Positions 27,401 through 43,681 are shown, numbered from the stretch's first letter. The stretch is DNA of 64,000 bases from Eledone cirrhosa (GCA_964016885.1 OZ024743.1:1426001-1490000); one strand, 5' to 3'. Made by a program: numbers and translations. Notes: generated from the letters alone by a model not told the origin.

Positions 27401-28384
27401 CGAAGGAAATGTGGTAAGGAACCAGGTGGACCATAACGCACCAAAGTACTCAATACTTAGGGTAGTCGAGTGGGTAATTGGAACGGCTGAGTTCAAACCG
27501 TTTCGACAGCTAATTCTGGACTAAATGAAAATGTTTATCCTGGTATATGAATAGCCGAGCTTCTCAGGGGGTAATTCCATATATGGTAAAAGTGATTGTC
27601 ACAAGGATTGATCAAAAGTTTGTTGTAGAGACATAATAATTCTATCATGGCAATTTGTGGAGGGAAGGGGTAGCTGAACCTGCCAGTAGAAGAAAGAGGG
27701 AGAAGGGGTGGAGGAAACCCAGTCGTGCGTTGATAGTGCCAACTACAGCTGGGCAGGAGGTCAAAGAAGATATTAGGGAGGAGGGGGGGAGTAAGTCGAA
27801 AAAATAAGTAAAACAATATGGGGTAAATATATAGAAAAATACCGAGTGTTGAAAAACAATTAAATTGTTTTTCAACAATTAAATTTAAACCATGTGTTCC
27901 AATTGCAAATAACCTAGTTAGGTAGGTTGAAAAATATTAATTTAAAACAATATGGTTTGCCTGACTCGTTTTAACATAATAAATCAATAAAAATAACTAA
28001 CCTATATCGGGCAAATAGCCTTTGGTACCTGGACAGACATAAATCTGTTTCGCAAGAATTATTAAGTGAAAGCTAGAATTCCTGTGCTCTTGTGCGGGTA
28101 TCCAGGAAAATTCGTACCTTTCACTTCAAAGGATCTAAGAAGATTAAACGATGCGCAGGTATAAACATGTTAAATCAAGTCAGGCAAACTATATTGTTTT
28201 AAATTAGTATTTTACAGCCTAGCTAACTTGGTCATTTGCAATTGGAACACATGTATACTTGTATCTGTGTTCATCTCTCTCATATATTCAATTATATTAC
28301 ACGGCTCAGAAAGATTCCCTTCTTTGAGCTATTTAATTGTAAAAGACTATTTTGAGTGTCTAACTCAATCTATGATATATACAT

Positions 28385-28450
<66 letters not shown>

Positions 28451-28451
28451 T

Positions 28452-28505
<54 letters not shown>

Positions 28506-28592
28506 ATATGTATATATCATAGATTGAGTTAAAAACTCAAAATAGTCTTTTACAATTAAATAGCTCAAAGATATATATATATATATTTATAT

Positions 28593-28680
<88 letters not shown>

Positions 28681-28719
28681 CAGTTCACTCCTCTTTAATG
28701 TGTTTCTTTTATTTTTCAG

Positions 28720-28745
28720 CTATCAAAATTCAAACTGGGCAATAA
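28720..28745 (+). CDS. Possible short terminal coding exon (TIKIQTGQ*)
   Basis: Strong polypyrimidine tract + cAG; phase-1 reading gives 8 codons then TAA; AATAAA near 28838. No homology support. Confidence 0.35.
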
Positions 28746-29220
28746 TATATATATATATAAATATTATGCACACACATACATAGAGTATTTTTGTTTTCAA
28801 TCTAATTGTTAAAACCAAAGATATTCCACCTTAAGCAATAAAAGATCATTAAAACCATTGTTGTTGTAATCATTTATTATCATTATTAGAAACCATTAAT
28901 ATTATTATTATTGTTATTATTGTTTTTCCTTTTCCTTCAGTATTGTTTCTGATTTATGCCGAGTGTCTTCCTCACACATAGGGCATATAAATTCATTGTA
29001 TACATTGGTAAGCCAGTTAATACACCGCATTGAATATAATTTACAGCGTATCATTCTTACAGAGATAGTGCTCTACTCACACACACAACCACAGACGTAG
29101 GGGGAGGGGGGTATATTCGATTTTCCCCTCTCTCTAAAATCGTTAGGCTTGTGCTTAAGTCATACATATGTCACGAATACATTTGGTAGGTAGGTATGAA
29201 CAAGGAAGAACAAAAGAAAA

Positions 29221-29397
29221 TAATTGTTTCTACTGTTGGCACAGGGTCAGCAATTATCCCAGTGCATTACTGGTTCTTCATTTTATCGACCCCGTAAGGA
29301 TGAAAGGCAAAGCTAACCTCGGGATTTGAACTCAGACCGTAAAGGGACGTAACTATGCTGGAAAACATGGTGTCTGACCCTCTACCGACACTACCAA
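29221..29397 (-). mobile_element. SINE family A copy
   Basis: Same body and B-box. Confidence 0.85.
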
Positions 29398-29742
29398 AGA
29401 AAATAATGACAACAAGCAACAATACTAGCAAGAACCCTGCAAGAACAGTAGCAAAGACACTGCCTCGACAGCTAAATCCGAGTTCGGATCTAGCTGTTGA
29501 AACGGCCGGAACACAGCCGTCGGGGTCCTGACCCTTTTTCTATATATATGTATATATATATATATATGTTGCTCTGGTATTGTGTTAGGTTTTGCCTACC
29601 ACAATGTTCAATTTGTCAAGCTATTTAAAGGTATGTTGTTACTCTAAGGACCTACCCTTATTGAGTGTTGTGCTAACTCATTCATATTGTAGGTCGACTT
29701 TGCTTGGCCACAGCCAATGCTTCAAGTTTACTAAGCTTCCAC

Positions 29743-29809
<67 letters not shown>

Positions 29810-29829
29810 TATCAAAATGAAGATCCGAA

Positions 29830-31580
29830 TGCAAGGTATAAATTTCCAATCATTTTAATCACGACACATGTTTCAATAAGAGATAGATCGATCGTGAAGC
29901 CATGATCGATTATCACTGATCTCGTCAGATGAAAATGAATTGTCTTCAAATCCTTGATATGAGGGAGAAAATTAGCGATGTTCACTCACAGAGTTTATTC
30001 CCTTATATGAACATCAAGCAGTCAGAATACGGCGACTGCCATCATCTTCAGTTAGGGTCATAAAACTATCTCCCAATAGCTGTAAAAGACGCTGGACATC
30101 AATCAAATCTGTAGATTTACAGTCGGTCACAGTTAATGTGAGTGGGTACACACACACTCAACACACACATACACCGGCTCGAGGTCAAAGAAAAAATATA
30201 TACATATACCAACACAGTATCAGATCTGTAGAACTATAGACGGTCACAATTAGTGTGAGTGAGTACACACGCACTCTCACACACACCGAAGCGATGTCAA
30301 AGAAAAAATATATATAAATATACCAAAATAGTATTCACCGAAAGTTAGTTTACAAAACAACAAATGTTATATTGGTCAAATCTCAATTTGACGATGTAAA
30401 TTGGAAATATTGGGTCAACCGCAGCCCTAAACACACGCAAGTAAGTTCAGTTCAATGTTATACGTATATAGATTGAATTGTAACATGCGTATCTCCAAAT
30501 AGTGTATGTTATGGTATATACACATCCGTATCGTCCAAAAAAGTGTATGTTTAGGTATATACACATCCATGTGAAGAGCAAGTAGTCAGCTCATATCGAA
30601 CTCAGTATGTACCGTTGTCCCATTGAGAATCTGAGTCCCCAAATCTGTGCGTGCAAGCAACCGCTTGTAGGCCAGCAAGGGGCTCTGTTTAGGGTTGGGT
30701 ATTTGGGTTAAGGTGTCAGTAAGTGCGATTTACCGTCATATGGGCCCTTGGGCTTTAAGATAGGTGTTTGAGTGGTGGAGGTGTGTTATCCAACACAAAA
30801 AGTAAAATAAAATAACAAAGAATAGTAAAACCCAGAGGATGTGTGTAGGCCCATTAATGGTGTGTAAGTATTATTGTCCAATCCGTAACCGTGAGCACTC
30901 CATGGTTAGATGATCACGGATTTAAAACCTAGTTTAGTGTTCTATCGGTAGGAATGTGACCAGTCAAAACTGTGGGAACTCAATGTCTAAAGAAACCGGG
31001 TACTGTGTGTAGAGTTATGTATAGAGAGCATAATCGGTTTTAACTGAGTGTGTAATACGTATAGCTTTATCCAAACCGAGATAACTCAATGGTTAGGGTA
31101 TCCAAAGTAATGGTAAATACGCGTAATCGGTCTTGCCTGAGTGTGTAATCATTCTAACTATTTACTAACTAGGTATTCTAATGTGCACTCAGCAATTCAT
31201 TTTTACCTGACGAGATCAGTGATAATCGATCATAGCTTCACGATCGATCTATCTCTTATTGAAACATGTGTCGTGATTAAAATGATTGGAAATTTATACC
31301 TTGCCGTTTTTACATCATCTAGCTGTTCCCATGAATGGAATTGGAGATATACAAAAGCGTGGAGAACTTTTTGCTAACAAAAATGTATTGTACCGTTTTA
31401 CACAACCAATAATACATATAACAACTATATATATTTCTGTAGTCCAGAAATAGCCGTAGAAACGGCTTGAGCTCTGCCGTCGGGGTCATACATTTTCCTA
31501 TTACCCACTCTACTCCCCTAAGTATTGAGTACTCTGGTGCGTTATGGTCCATCTGGTTCCTTACCACAATTCATTCGTTA
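29830..31580. mobile_element. 1.7-kb non-coding element: inverted hammerhead arm, internal tandem repeats, hammerhead, family X tail
   Basis: 29830-29940 is inverted versus 31195-31303; ~115-bp tandem at 30105-30325; (TA)n flanks. Confidence 0.7.
31203..31276 (+). ncRNA. Type I hammerhead motif (mirror copy on - strand at 29859-29932)
   Basis: ttac CTGACGA [gatcgatc-rich stem II] GAAA catgtg TC gtga. Confidence 0.72.
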
Positions 31581-31812
31581 TATATATATATATAATATTT
31601 TTTGTAAATCGAACTTTAGCTGCAGTACAGCATTTTCAATTTGATTTGTTTCGAGGCAATCACAGAGCACTCAGTGGATCGAAAGTAAAAACAAGCATTA
31701 CGTCCAGAGTTAAACACCGTAGTTATAAAATGTGACACAAAAATAACCGACCGAAAGCAGAAACTAATAACGATATATACAAAAAGGTATATATATATTA
31801 TATATATATATA

Positions 31813-32055
31813 ATTTAATGTATAAAAATCAATACAATATAATTACCTCATTACCAGAGGTTTCCCGAATGAGGCGAATACGAAAGAAACGTCTTCATTC
31901 GTTCGTCAGACGAGGCAATATAAAACATGGCTAACTACTTGGAAAGTCTCATCAAGAAAAGCAAAAAAAATTATATAAATATAGACAAAAGAATTACAAT
32001 AGCCATCCTTATTTTTATGTGTGTGCATGTAAACAGGTCTATATGCGTGAGTGTA

Positions 32056-32094
<39 letters not shown>

Positions 32095-33033
32095 ACGTAC
32101 CGAATGTATGGATGTGTAAGTGTGCGTATGTATATAAGCATGTATATTTTTGTGTGTGTGTGTGTGTGCGAGTGTGTATACAGTCGCGTGCGTGCGCGTG
32201 ATTAGATATACATGGGGCGAGGCGTATATGCGTATATATGTGCATCCTATGTGTGTATGTGTGCTTGCATACGCTTTTGTCTGCACGTTTTTGCGTGTAT
32301 ATATATATATTTCTTATAGATATACGTTTCTTGTAGATATATGTGTGTGTGTACACGTGTACCTTGTTTGTCTTCTTTTCTTTAATTTTTTCTTTCTAAA
32401 TTATTATTATTCCATTTTTATAATTATATCGAGAATGATACTTTCTTTTAATTATTACACTCCCTTACCTCTTTTACTTCCGCATATAAGTGTACGTGCG
32501 TGTGGGTGTGTTTATACACGTGCCTTCATATTCTTATAATGTATCTAATACCCTGTTTTTTCTGTGTACCTGCCAAACACACAATCACATCATGCCTGTC
32601 TGTAGTTACAGATACACAGATACACTTGCCCTAACACATATATTTACGCACACTTTTTCACTATACGTACACATTTGTACATACACACATATGTACATCT
32701 GTGAGCGTATATACATACATATACACACACCTAACTATATTTCTTGTAAGATTTTTATATATTTCATATGGCTATTGTAATTCCTTTGTCTATATTTATA
32801 TAATTTTTTTTTGCTTTTCTTGATGAGACTTTCCAAGTATTTAGCCATGTTTTATATTGCCTCGTCTGACGAACGAATGAAGACGTTTCTTTCGTATTCG
32901 CCTCATTCGGGAAACCTCTGGTAATGAGGTAATTATATTGTATTGATTTTTATACATTAAATTTTGCTCTGGTACTTACATAGAGCACTCTTCACTTCTA
33001 TGACCTTTTCTGTTTTCAACGGAAATTTCAATA

Positions 33034-33037
<4 letters not shown>
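31813..33037. mobile_element. Fold-back element with ~190-bp hammerhead-containing arms
   Basis: 31813-32003 is inverted versus 32772-32962. Confidence 0.85.
32857..32932 (+). ncRNA. Type I hammerhead motif (mirror copy on - strand at 31843-31918)
   Basis: ttgcctcgt CTGACGA acgaatga..tcattcgg GAAA cctctgg TA atgaggtaa; 9-bp stem I including G-U pairs. Confidence 0.8.
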
Positions 33038-33118
<81 letters not shown>

Positions 33119-33360
33119 CCAAAAGTAGAGATGGAGGGTCTGTGGTGGTCTCACGGATGTGAGAAAAACCACAGACCCTCCATCTCAACTCTACTTTTGA
33201 AAAGCAGAAGAACTGCGAAACCGTTAAAGGAACCAAATAAATATATATATATATTTTTAAATAAGACTCCAGTTGCATTTTCGATTTCATTTTTTTTCCT
33301 TTATACTTTCACTCGTGTAGGACACCTCGGTTATTTTTCATTTTGTAAAAAAAAACTCAC

Positions 33361-33399
<39 letters not shown>

Positions 33400-34673
33400 C
33401 TGAGTTTTTCGAATATTAATAACATTCGATTCGTTTGCAATTACGCAAACAAGCCTCATTTTTAAAGCCATGTCAGTAGAATGAGCCCCTCATTCTTGCT
33501 CTTGTGTTGGCATATAACCACACAAAATTTGAATATGGCAAAGCCGGCCATTGATCGATCGTATACAGGAAACTGACTGGCCATTCTGCTGATATGCAAA
33601 TCTGGCTGATCAGTGGATCTGCTAATATGCAAATCAGGCTGATCAGTCACTGTATACTTTAGAAAATATAATATATTTTCACTAGCTCTGACAGTGGCAG
33701 GTGAACAGTGAACTGTACTGATGAAAGGTGATACTCAGAAACATTAGTGTCTGCAGTTCTGTTTATATGCCAATGAGTGTGGGTGTGAAGGAGTGTTGAT
33801 GAAGATTTAAAGGAATTAAAGCACACACACACACACATAATTACTTTACTGTACCTTCAAACATTCCATCAAGGTGGTTTTGACTGCTTTCTATTCTACG
33901 TCAATATAAAATCTATATCAACAATGTGCTGAGGTAAGATCAATCATGTGTATCCTTTCCACCAAATATGCCTTTGAGTCAATATACGAACACGGAAAAT
34001 TATGTTGCCGTATCAAGGACCCTGTAAATGTCTCTAATTGTATAGAAAACCTTATAGTATTCTGAAAGTAATATACCACAAACCACCAAATTCGTAGCTA
34101 GCTGAATCAGTTTGATGTCGATAACCATTTCTAAACACTAAAACTATAGAGGTATATACATTTTTCTATACATACTAGCATAATTGGTTATATACCTTTA
34201 TCTGTTTATATGCATGTCATTCTGTCGATAGGTCTCTATTAAATATTATAATAAATAGTTAGCTCTAATTTCAATCCGGTACGTGGAAATGATTTTATAC
34301 ATTTACAATACTTTAAATAATAGAAATTATATACTTGTTACACCTGTTTTGACTTAAAAGGATTGCCTCAAGCTATTATCCCCTTTGTTAACCTAATACA
34401 AACAAGAAAAGTGTTTTTCAGGGAAAGTAATATATATATTAAGTAACTATGAAATACAAATAAAAAAGGAGGAAATATTTGTATTGATTTAATCTACAAA
34501 TAAATGTAGGTTACAGATATAATTAACTATATTAAATGATAACTGATATGCTTTGCCGTATTGCGGTTCCAGGTTACACCTCACTGCAGGCTGCCTCTAC
34601 CTGATCAACGCCTTCTGAAACTAGATGGAAGCAGACAGACGTAATCTGTCATACACACACACACAAATATATA

Positions 34674-35300
<627 letters not shown>

Positions 35301-35373
35301 GAAATCTACCTTATTATTCCACAATGCTTCAAGCAAACTTCAATACTTTCTTATATATATATGTGTGTGTGTA

Positions 35374-36185
35374 TGATGCGGTCGGACTGCCGACTGCTAT
35401 ATCTAATTTGCTAAGCTGTCTGAACATAATGTTATACTCTGGGGTCTTACCTCATCTGAGTGCTAAAGCTACAAACCGAATAAGCATACACGCTGGCTTG
35501 GCCGTATACTAGAGCTTCGTCTATGCTGTACTAAAATTTATATTTACTCCTAGAATTAATGATTAACTGATTAATTTTATTAGATGATTCTATTGATTAA
35601 TTAATTGTTTAAGTTTGTTTGATAACTTCTAGTCGAGTGCTTTATTCGGTTTGAATAAGGGGATTCATTCCTTTATCTCAAATTAGAATACACCGCCTAA
35701 ACGGGGGTTACCTCCCTTCGGACAAAACCATGTGTCTGTGCCGACCTTTAAAGTCACAGCATACCCGCTTTGGCTAAGAACGAAAGACTTGCTGAAGAAG
35801 TAAATCCTATGTTCTGTCGTCAAAAACCATTATATTGCAGACTCCTGCAATAGGAATTTGTCGATCATGGATTTTCAGAAACTTAGCGCTGTCGTTGCGT
35901 GCGATTTTGCGATCAATATTGTGGAAACACCATGTGGGTTATATATTTTACACTCAGCCTCAGCGTTATGTCCAGGTCAGTAAAAAATCTTTACCTGGGT
36001 CCTGTATTTTCGTTGCTCTAGTGATGCGGTCGGACTGCCGACTGCTATATCTAATTTGCTAAGCTGTCTGAACATAATGTTATACTCTGGGGTCTTACCT
36101 CATCAGAGTGCTAAAGCTACAAACCGAATAAGCATACACGCTAGCTTGGCCGTATACTAGAGCTTCGTCTATGTTGTACTAAAAT
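35374..36185 (+). mobile_element. Non-coding element with ~163-bp direct terminal repeats (pLTR-like)
   Basis: 35374-35537 matches 36022-36185; followed by (TA)n. Interior resembles 15640-15905 inverted. Confidence 0.75.
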
Positions 36186-36261
<76 letters not shown>

Positions 36262-37393
36262 ATGTATATATAGGTATGTATCTGTGTTTATATGTGTATT
36301 CAGGCATGAAAATAGAGACTATATATTAATTGAAGAGCAGAGTGCATGGAAGTGAGATACACACAACACTGAGACTTAAATCCACTATAAGATTTCTTAG
36401 AAGGCCATTGAAGAATTTATATGTGTCATGGGATGTTCTAATTCATAAATATTAGAGGAAACGATGGAATCCTTATTTGACCACTCTCCTTGCTATAAAG
36501 AGCAGCCAAATCTTTCTCTGTCGTATTAATAAATGGAAGGCATATTGGGTTGTATAATGCTGAACACACAGAATCAAGGGTTGGTTAAAGCAAGATATTC
36601 TTTGATATATACCTGCCCGATTATTGGGTTGAATTGCAGCAAAGTATTCCCTACACGGTTTATTGGCATGCTAGAAATAGCAGCCAAATCTCCCTCAAAT
36701 AAAAAAAAAAAGTCAACTGATTTAAAGGTGGAAATAACACAAACTAGATAATCTAAGTACTCTCCAAGAGAGGATGTTCATGACATTTTTCATGATAATA
36801 TTCAAGGATATTACATTATAATATTTAAGCATTTTTCAAAAATCTGAGCCCATATAACAATGAATAAAAACAGTTTATAATTAAGGAATTACTATATTTT
36901 TTTAATAGGAAAATCAAGATTGATTTACGTAGATATGGCGGAACTGAACGCGATCCCTTGGGTTACAATCAAATCTAGGTTCTGCTAATCAATATGTTAA
37001 ATGTTAAATACTGTAAGTCATTTAACTATGATTATTATAATCAGTTATGTGAAATATATAATATTGATACTACTGGAAATGCTATCTGAAACACTGTCGA
37101 TCAAAACGCTATTTTCAGCGAAGAAGTGACTTTACTTCTAAACTATATTTATATATTTTATAACATTAAGAAAGTTACATCTACATAGTATATGTATGTG
37201 TGTATGTATGTATGTGTGTATGAATGTGTAAGGATTTGAGGCATTTGTATTTGTCTTACATGCGTCTCAACAAATAAAATGCGACGAATATGGGCAATGA
37301 AAGATTTTCAATTAAGCTACATTCCAGTATAAAGAAGGAAACTCATATACTAGTACCCTAGCCTAAAACCAAAGTCTTACCTTAAAACATATT

Positions 37394-37690
37394 TTATACA
37401 TTGGATATGTAAATGCCCAATACATGTCGTATGCAGCGTATGCAAGCATGTTCTGATGGGGCGGTTACTATCGCGCCATTATCTGCATAAATGAGCTCGC
37501 GGACGTTGATCAGGCTCTTTTTCGTATGTGTGATCAGTTTTCTGTTCACTACGATTGCAAGACGGCCTGCGAAAGTTTCTTCCATTATGGCACCGAGGTA
37601 GATTACGAATAATATTGGTGTTAATACGCATCTTTGCTTCACTCCTTTGTTGATACCAATTCCTTCATTCATTTCGTTGCAATGAGTCAT
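37394..37690 (-). mobile_element. Degenerate RTE-like RT fragment
   Basis: GVKQRCVLTPILF and ELIYADN (RT motifs). Confidence 0.7.
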
Positions 37691-38562
37691 TGTGCTATTT
37701 GTGTTTTAGGTATGTAATAAAGCGAAAAATAAATACTTAGGTATCATGTGAAGAACATGGCAAATGGATGTTCATTTTACGTGAAAACAAATTTTGGTCT
37801 CATGCTATTTTCTGAAATATAATTTATGGGGCCATAGGTTCGTCAGTCAGACATTTCCGATTAGAAGTATACAATGATGTACACGTAACCTTGTATGTAC
37901 ACGGTTGAGTGCATACATACATATGCTAAAGCGCACCCAATGTATATGCTATTATATATGTGTAAATTCGTGCACTCATATCGATAGTTTGTATTTTCGT
38001 TTGAATCTAATTCGTCACTTGTTCATCTCTTCTGTGCAATATATAGTTTAAATCTCAGGTTTTCTGCTGAAGTTAAAATATATTAATTTGAGATTTAATC
38101 AGAACACTAGTTTTGGGGTGTTAATCAAAGAAAAAATAAACTTATTATTTCGCCTGTGAAGAGAAAGTACCGCAATCGCCCTTTATGTTAAGCATAAAAG
38201 AACTAAAATGGCCATAACTGCATAGGCTGCACTCGTTTAGTAACATAATTAAATAGATAATGTGCGTGTGTGTTTGTATATATATGTGTGTGGGGAGGGG
38301 GGGGGCATGCGTTTTCCATCTGTTTTTCTATGCTGGCATATAAATTTATATATATACGTAGATATATGTACATATATGTGTACAGATGTATTTATCTATA
38401 TATTTTTCTGTGTGTGTGCGTGTGTGTTTGCATATACGTGTGTTTGTGCCTATGCGCCTGCACGCGTGTATGTGCATACACATATTTGATATGGTTGATA
38501 TGAGTTTGAAATCTTCAGATCCTGTACATATTTCAATAAAATTTCTTATTTTTCTCTTAAAG

Positions 38563-38778
38563 GTAAAGCTAGTACTACCATCAATGGTGCTTCATTTTAT
38601 TGGTCTGAGAAAACCAAGTAAATTGAAGGAATGAAGAATAAAGATGACTGCAAAACCAAATGCTTAGAAAACAAATCTTTCGCATTTACGTATTCAAAGT
38701 CTAAGAATGAATGCAAGATTTTAACATCATACACACACACAATTCGCTTGATAGCCAATGAGGATGTTGATTTTGTCG
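38563..38778 (+). pseudogene. PAN/apple-like domain exon with in-frame TAA (38619-38621)
   Basis: 216 bp, phase 1-1. INGAS...K*IEGMKNKDDCKTKCLENKSFAFTYSKSKNECKIL aligns without gaps to the - strand exon at 62764-62979. Confidence 0.8.
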
Positions 38779-40669
38779 GTGTGTTCTGTCCGTTTCCCCT
38801 TCCATTTTACTTTGTTAATAATCGCTCTGAAGTTATTACATAACATAAATACGTAAATTTTGGAATATCTGAGATAAATAGGTGAATAGAAATTGTATAG
38901 TTAAACTGTGATTTCATTTTGAGAAACTTCGTTTAACTGTAATAAATGTTTCATAATGCAGAAAATATAGAGATTCTAATTAATTTTATGAAATCATTTT
39001 TCTTGTGCTTGTAGAATTTATGTTATTCAACTAAGATATTCATATTGTGCCTAATTAATTTAATTTGTTTTAAATTAACTATTGTATGCAGTCTGCAAAC
39101 ATACTGTGGTCAAGTGCCATAATTATAGTTGACTGATATGAGTGGAAAGGTGGGTGGAAACTAAGGTCATGAGGAGTTTATGTTCCGGGCTGCAATTTCA
39201 TATACTAATTATAACTAAGCATTGAAAAATAAATTCTCATTATACATACAGTGAGCTGAACGTATTTTTACATGAAGTCTGAACATAAAATACTTATCTG
39301 ATATTATCTACTAGATATATTGTTACAAATTGCTCTACTGTTTTGCTTTCTTAATTTTGCAAATTAGATTGGCCATATAAGGTAACATGAATAGTTATAA
39401 TTAATATCTTTTTTCTCGAAGAAGAAGAACCAACTAGATCTGAAATATGTAAAGGCATTATTATTTTGTTCTATGTATGAGAATATTGCGTAGTTTTAGA
39501 CTTTAGGGCAACACCAAGCAGTCTGTGGACTCTAAATTCTTACAGAACCTCCACAGATCTCGAGGAACGTTGTCGAATATGTTTTTGTGGTCCACAAAAC
39601 AAGTTTACATAAGACTCCCATGATTTCTCGAAGACATGGCGCATAGTGAATATTTGGTCGGCTGTGCTATGTCCGGGGCGAAAGCCTCACTGTTTGTCAG
39701 CTAGCTTGGACTCGATAATACCTCTACATCTGGAGATACACAAAAAATTAATCCAAATGATTACATTGTTGAAATAGATATTTATCATAAATAATACGGA
39801 ATTCTCAGAATATGCCTCCGAACACATAACGAATGTACAATCGTGTTATTCGCTAGGTATTATTAAATGAATAATATGGATAGATATTTCTATATGTTTA
39901 ATTTAAAGATGACGAATTGGCAGAATCTTTAGAACGTCGAATAGAATGCTTTGCCACACATATATAGAGTGCACTGCGCAGGCTTCCTCGAGAGGACGTG
40001 TGTCTCTGAAATCGCAGCACTGATTTTCATTCTAGCCGTGCAGCACTCGGCATCAAACCTATCAAGTGCAAGTCGCAGATCACGCACCCGCCAACGTGAC
40101 TTCATCAGATAGCATCTTAAGTAATAAGGTAGCTATATAACCTTTCTAATGCGATAGAGGCTATCTATAACGGACCGGAGGAAATCGCGATGTTGGTCCT
40201 ATGAAAGTCCCCCCCCCCCTTATACGACCAACATTGAATGCGTCCGTCCCTTTGTCGACAGCCTGTATTACATTAGAAATGTTACATAGCAACCTTATTA
40301 CTTAAGCTGCTGTCTGATGAAGTCATATTGGTGGTTGTGTGATGGCAGCATTACGTAATTATTAACGCCACAGAAATTTCGGCAGATTATGTATAAATGA
40401 ATTATGAATATCTACATCTGGCCTTCGCAATTTTGTATATATATATATATGTATATTGTCTGAAGACTGATCATGATGTCAATCTCCGTTCTCTAATTTT
40501 GAATCAGAGTTAAGTTATATGAATTTAAAATAAATTCAGTAAATCAAACTTTTGAATATATGTGTGCTGTTAAACATATTGCTCTTGTTTGTTTGCTGTT
40601 GACAACATTTGTAAACGTATATTTTAAACCTTTAGTTTTATTCTGAAATTAGATTTACTTATATTTCAG

Positions 40670-40705
40670 ATTCAGTGGTCAATATCAAGCCATTCCAACC
40701 AGTTG
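40670..40705 (+). CDS. 36-bp linker micro-exon (DSVVNIKPFQPV)
   Basis: atatttcAG...G|GTAAGT consensus sites; phase 1-1; lies between the PAN and VWA exons. Confidence 0.6.
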
Positions 40706-41047
40706 GTAAGTGATTTTGCATCAAGAACTTATTTTACAATTGACTTATTACAATATTTTATATTTACCATGCTTAATACAATCCACTATAACTCTATATT
40801 TACTATTACATATAGAATCAATTGTAATATTCCAGTAAAGCTTGTAAATATAAAGCTACACTGACTTCGTTTCTACTTACCTTATATACACTCTGCACAC
40901 TACAGCCGCCCGCCCCGCCTTAACTCTGTAATACAACCCAACACAAGAAGAGACCTCGTTAAGGCATTAAGTGCGAGCCGTCTGTAACTAAAACACACGC
41001 ACACACACATATATATATACATATATATATACATATATATATATACA

Positions 41048-41645
<598 letters not shown>

Positions 41646-41649
41646 GTTT

Positions 41650-41755
<106 letters not shown>

Positions 41756-41809
41756 GTGTTTTGTGGCTCAATGAAAAGTTAATAAATTAAATAATCAGAG
41801 CTATATATC

Positions 41810-42310
41810 ATAAAACATGTCTATAGAATTACCAGATCAAATATATACCATTTCCTCTCCCAATTAGCATAATTAACGATATAAAACATCGAATAGACCA
41901 AGCTATAAGAATAAGGCTTCGATGAAGAAATCTCCAACAAATAACCGAAACCAGCCCTTCGCGCCGGCTGCGACGGAATATTTATCGAATATTTCGACAG
42001 CGTAATCGCCCAGATATACAGTCAATTAAACAGAATTAGGTGTAAAATAAACTAGGAGAAAAGTGAACACATTTAGTTACATCGACCATGGTTTCGTCCG
42101 CATTTTAAGATATCCGATAGCTTCGGAACCTAGAGCACCGGACTCTTCAGGAGGTTAGTTCAAATTTAGACAATAAATTTTCCAAAGTGATCGCGCCAAG
42201 AATACATTCAAAAATGGCTAAGAATCGTGACGTCGCAGCGGTCAGGTTAGAAGGAATGTGGTTAGTTGCTTACGGCTGGTGGCTTTCTGCTAGAAAGTGC
42301 AGCACAAATG
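41810..42310. repeat. Dispersed repeat, inverted relative of 3890-4400
   Basis: aattagcataattaac, aattaggtgtaaaa and ctagaaag.gcagc blocks shared in reverse order. Confidence 0.7.
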
Positions 42311-42565
42311 GTATATATTTTATCTGATGATTCTATAGACATGTTTTATGATATATATATATATATGTGTAATCTGGGTTTTATGATATATATATATATG
42401 TAATCTGGGTTTTATGATATATATATATGTAATCTGGGTTTTTCGATACATATATATATATATATATATAAATACATATATGTATATATATATATATTTC
42501 GTTTCTGAATTTGTTTACGAAGATTCTTTATCTGAAAACGTATATATATATATATATATATATAT

Positions 42566-43615
42566 ACGCGATGCAAAGAGTACTTATGGTATAACCCCGA
42601 ATACAATAGTTCCATTAGTACAAATTTACCAGTACTCTTCTTTAAAATAATTAAGAGACATTTTCCTACATCACACAAATACCACAAAACCCTAAACCCT
42701 ACCACTATAAGACTGTCATACTCTACAGCGTTAAACCTTGAACAACACATAAAAAAGATCAATACTAGAAGGTTAAACGAAAACACTAAAAACTTAAGTA
42801 CAAAGAACGCAAGAAAAAACAGTAGACAATACACTACAGAACATAAATAAACCACACCTAAGTTCGTCCGCAATACTACTCCAGAGAAAACCCAACGTAC
42901 ACAACTGTAACTGCACCTATCCTGACAACTGCCCCCTCGGCAATAACTGCCTGGAAAAAAATATTATTTATAAGTGTACCATTAAATCCGGAGGCAACGA
43001 GTGGTATTACGTGGGATCAACGGCAACATCGTTTAAATCTCGATTATATAGGCATTCTTACTCAATAAAACACCAGAGCCAAAGAAATGTAACAACTTTA
43101 GCAGAAAAAACTTGGACGCTCAGGGATAGCGATCAAAAGTTTACCCTAAAATGGGAGAAATTAGCTAAAACCCAAAGCTTTTCCAGGAGCCAAAATTTCT
43201 GCAAATTGTGTAATCTTGAGATTTATTACATAATCACACACAAGAAGAAATTGCTGAATAACAGAATTGAACGAACATTATTCTGCCGTCACCGAACTAA
43301 AACCCTTTTTTCCTACTACAAGCCGAATATTACATAAAAGAGGGACATCCCCCCAACTATATAAACCTCAATCTAGTTAGAAAAATATAAAAACAATCTC
43401 TTCTCAACATATATATGTATATTAATAACCTCAAATTACCACACTAATAATGGAAAGATATGCTGATGAGAATAGGTGCAAAAATGCGATAATGAATGTG
43501 TCTAAAAGCGACCATAAGTATGTATATATATGTGAAAATGTATATAAATAAGTAAAAATATATATATATGTTTGATGTGTATAGTTAGATGTAAGTGTAT
43601 TCATGTATTAAAGTG

Positions 43616-43681
<66 letters not shown>

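Noticed and set aside
30105-30570. Repeat-spacer-like pattern (CRISPR)
   Set aside because: Simple diverged tandem duplications in eukaryotic DNA; no unique spacers or cas genes.
33560-33650. Two ATGCAAAT octamer motifs in a 33-bp tandem repeat as an enhancer
   Set aside because: Only a local duplication; no linked snRNA or promoter evidence.
37682-37709. Possible signal-peptide exon end (HCAICVL G|gtatgt) for the PAN-VWA unit
   Set aside because: Too short, overlaps an RT fragment, no independent support.
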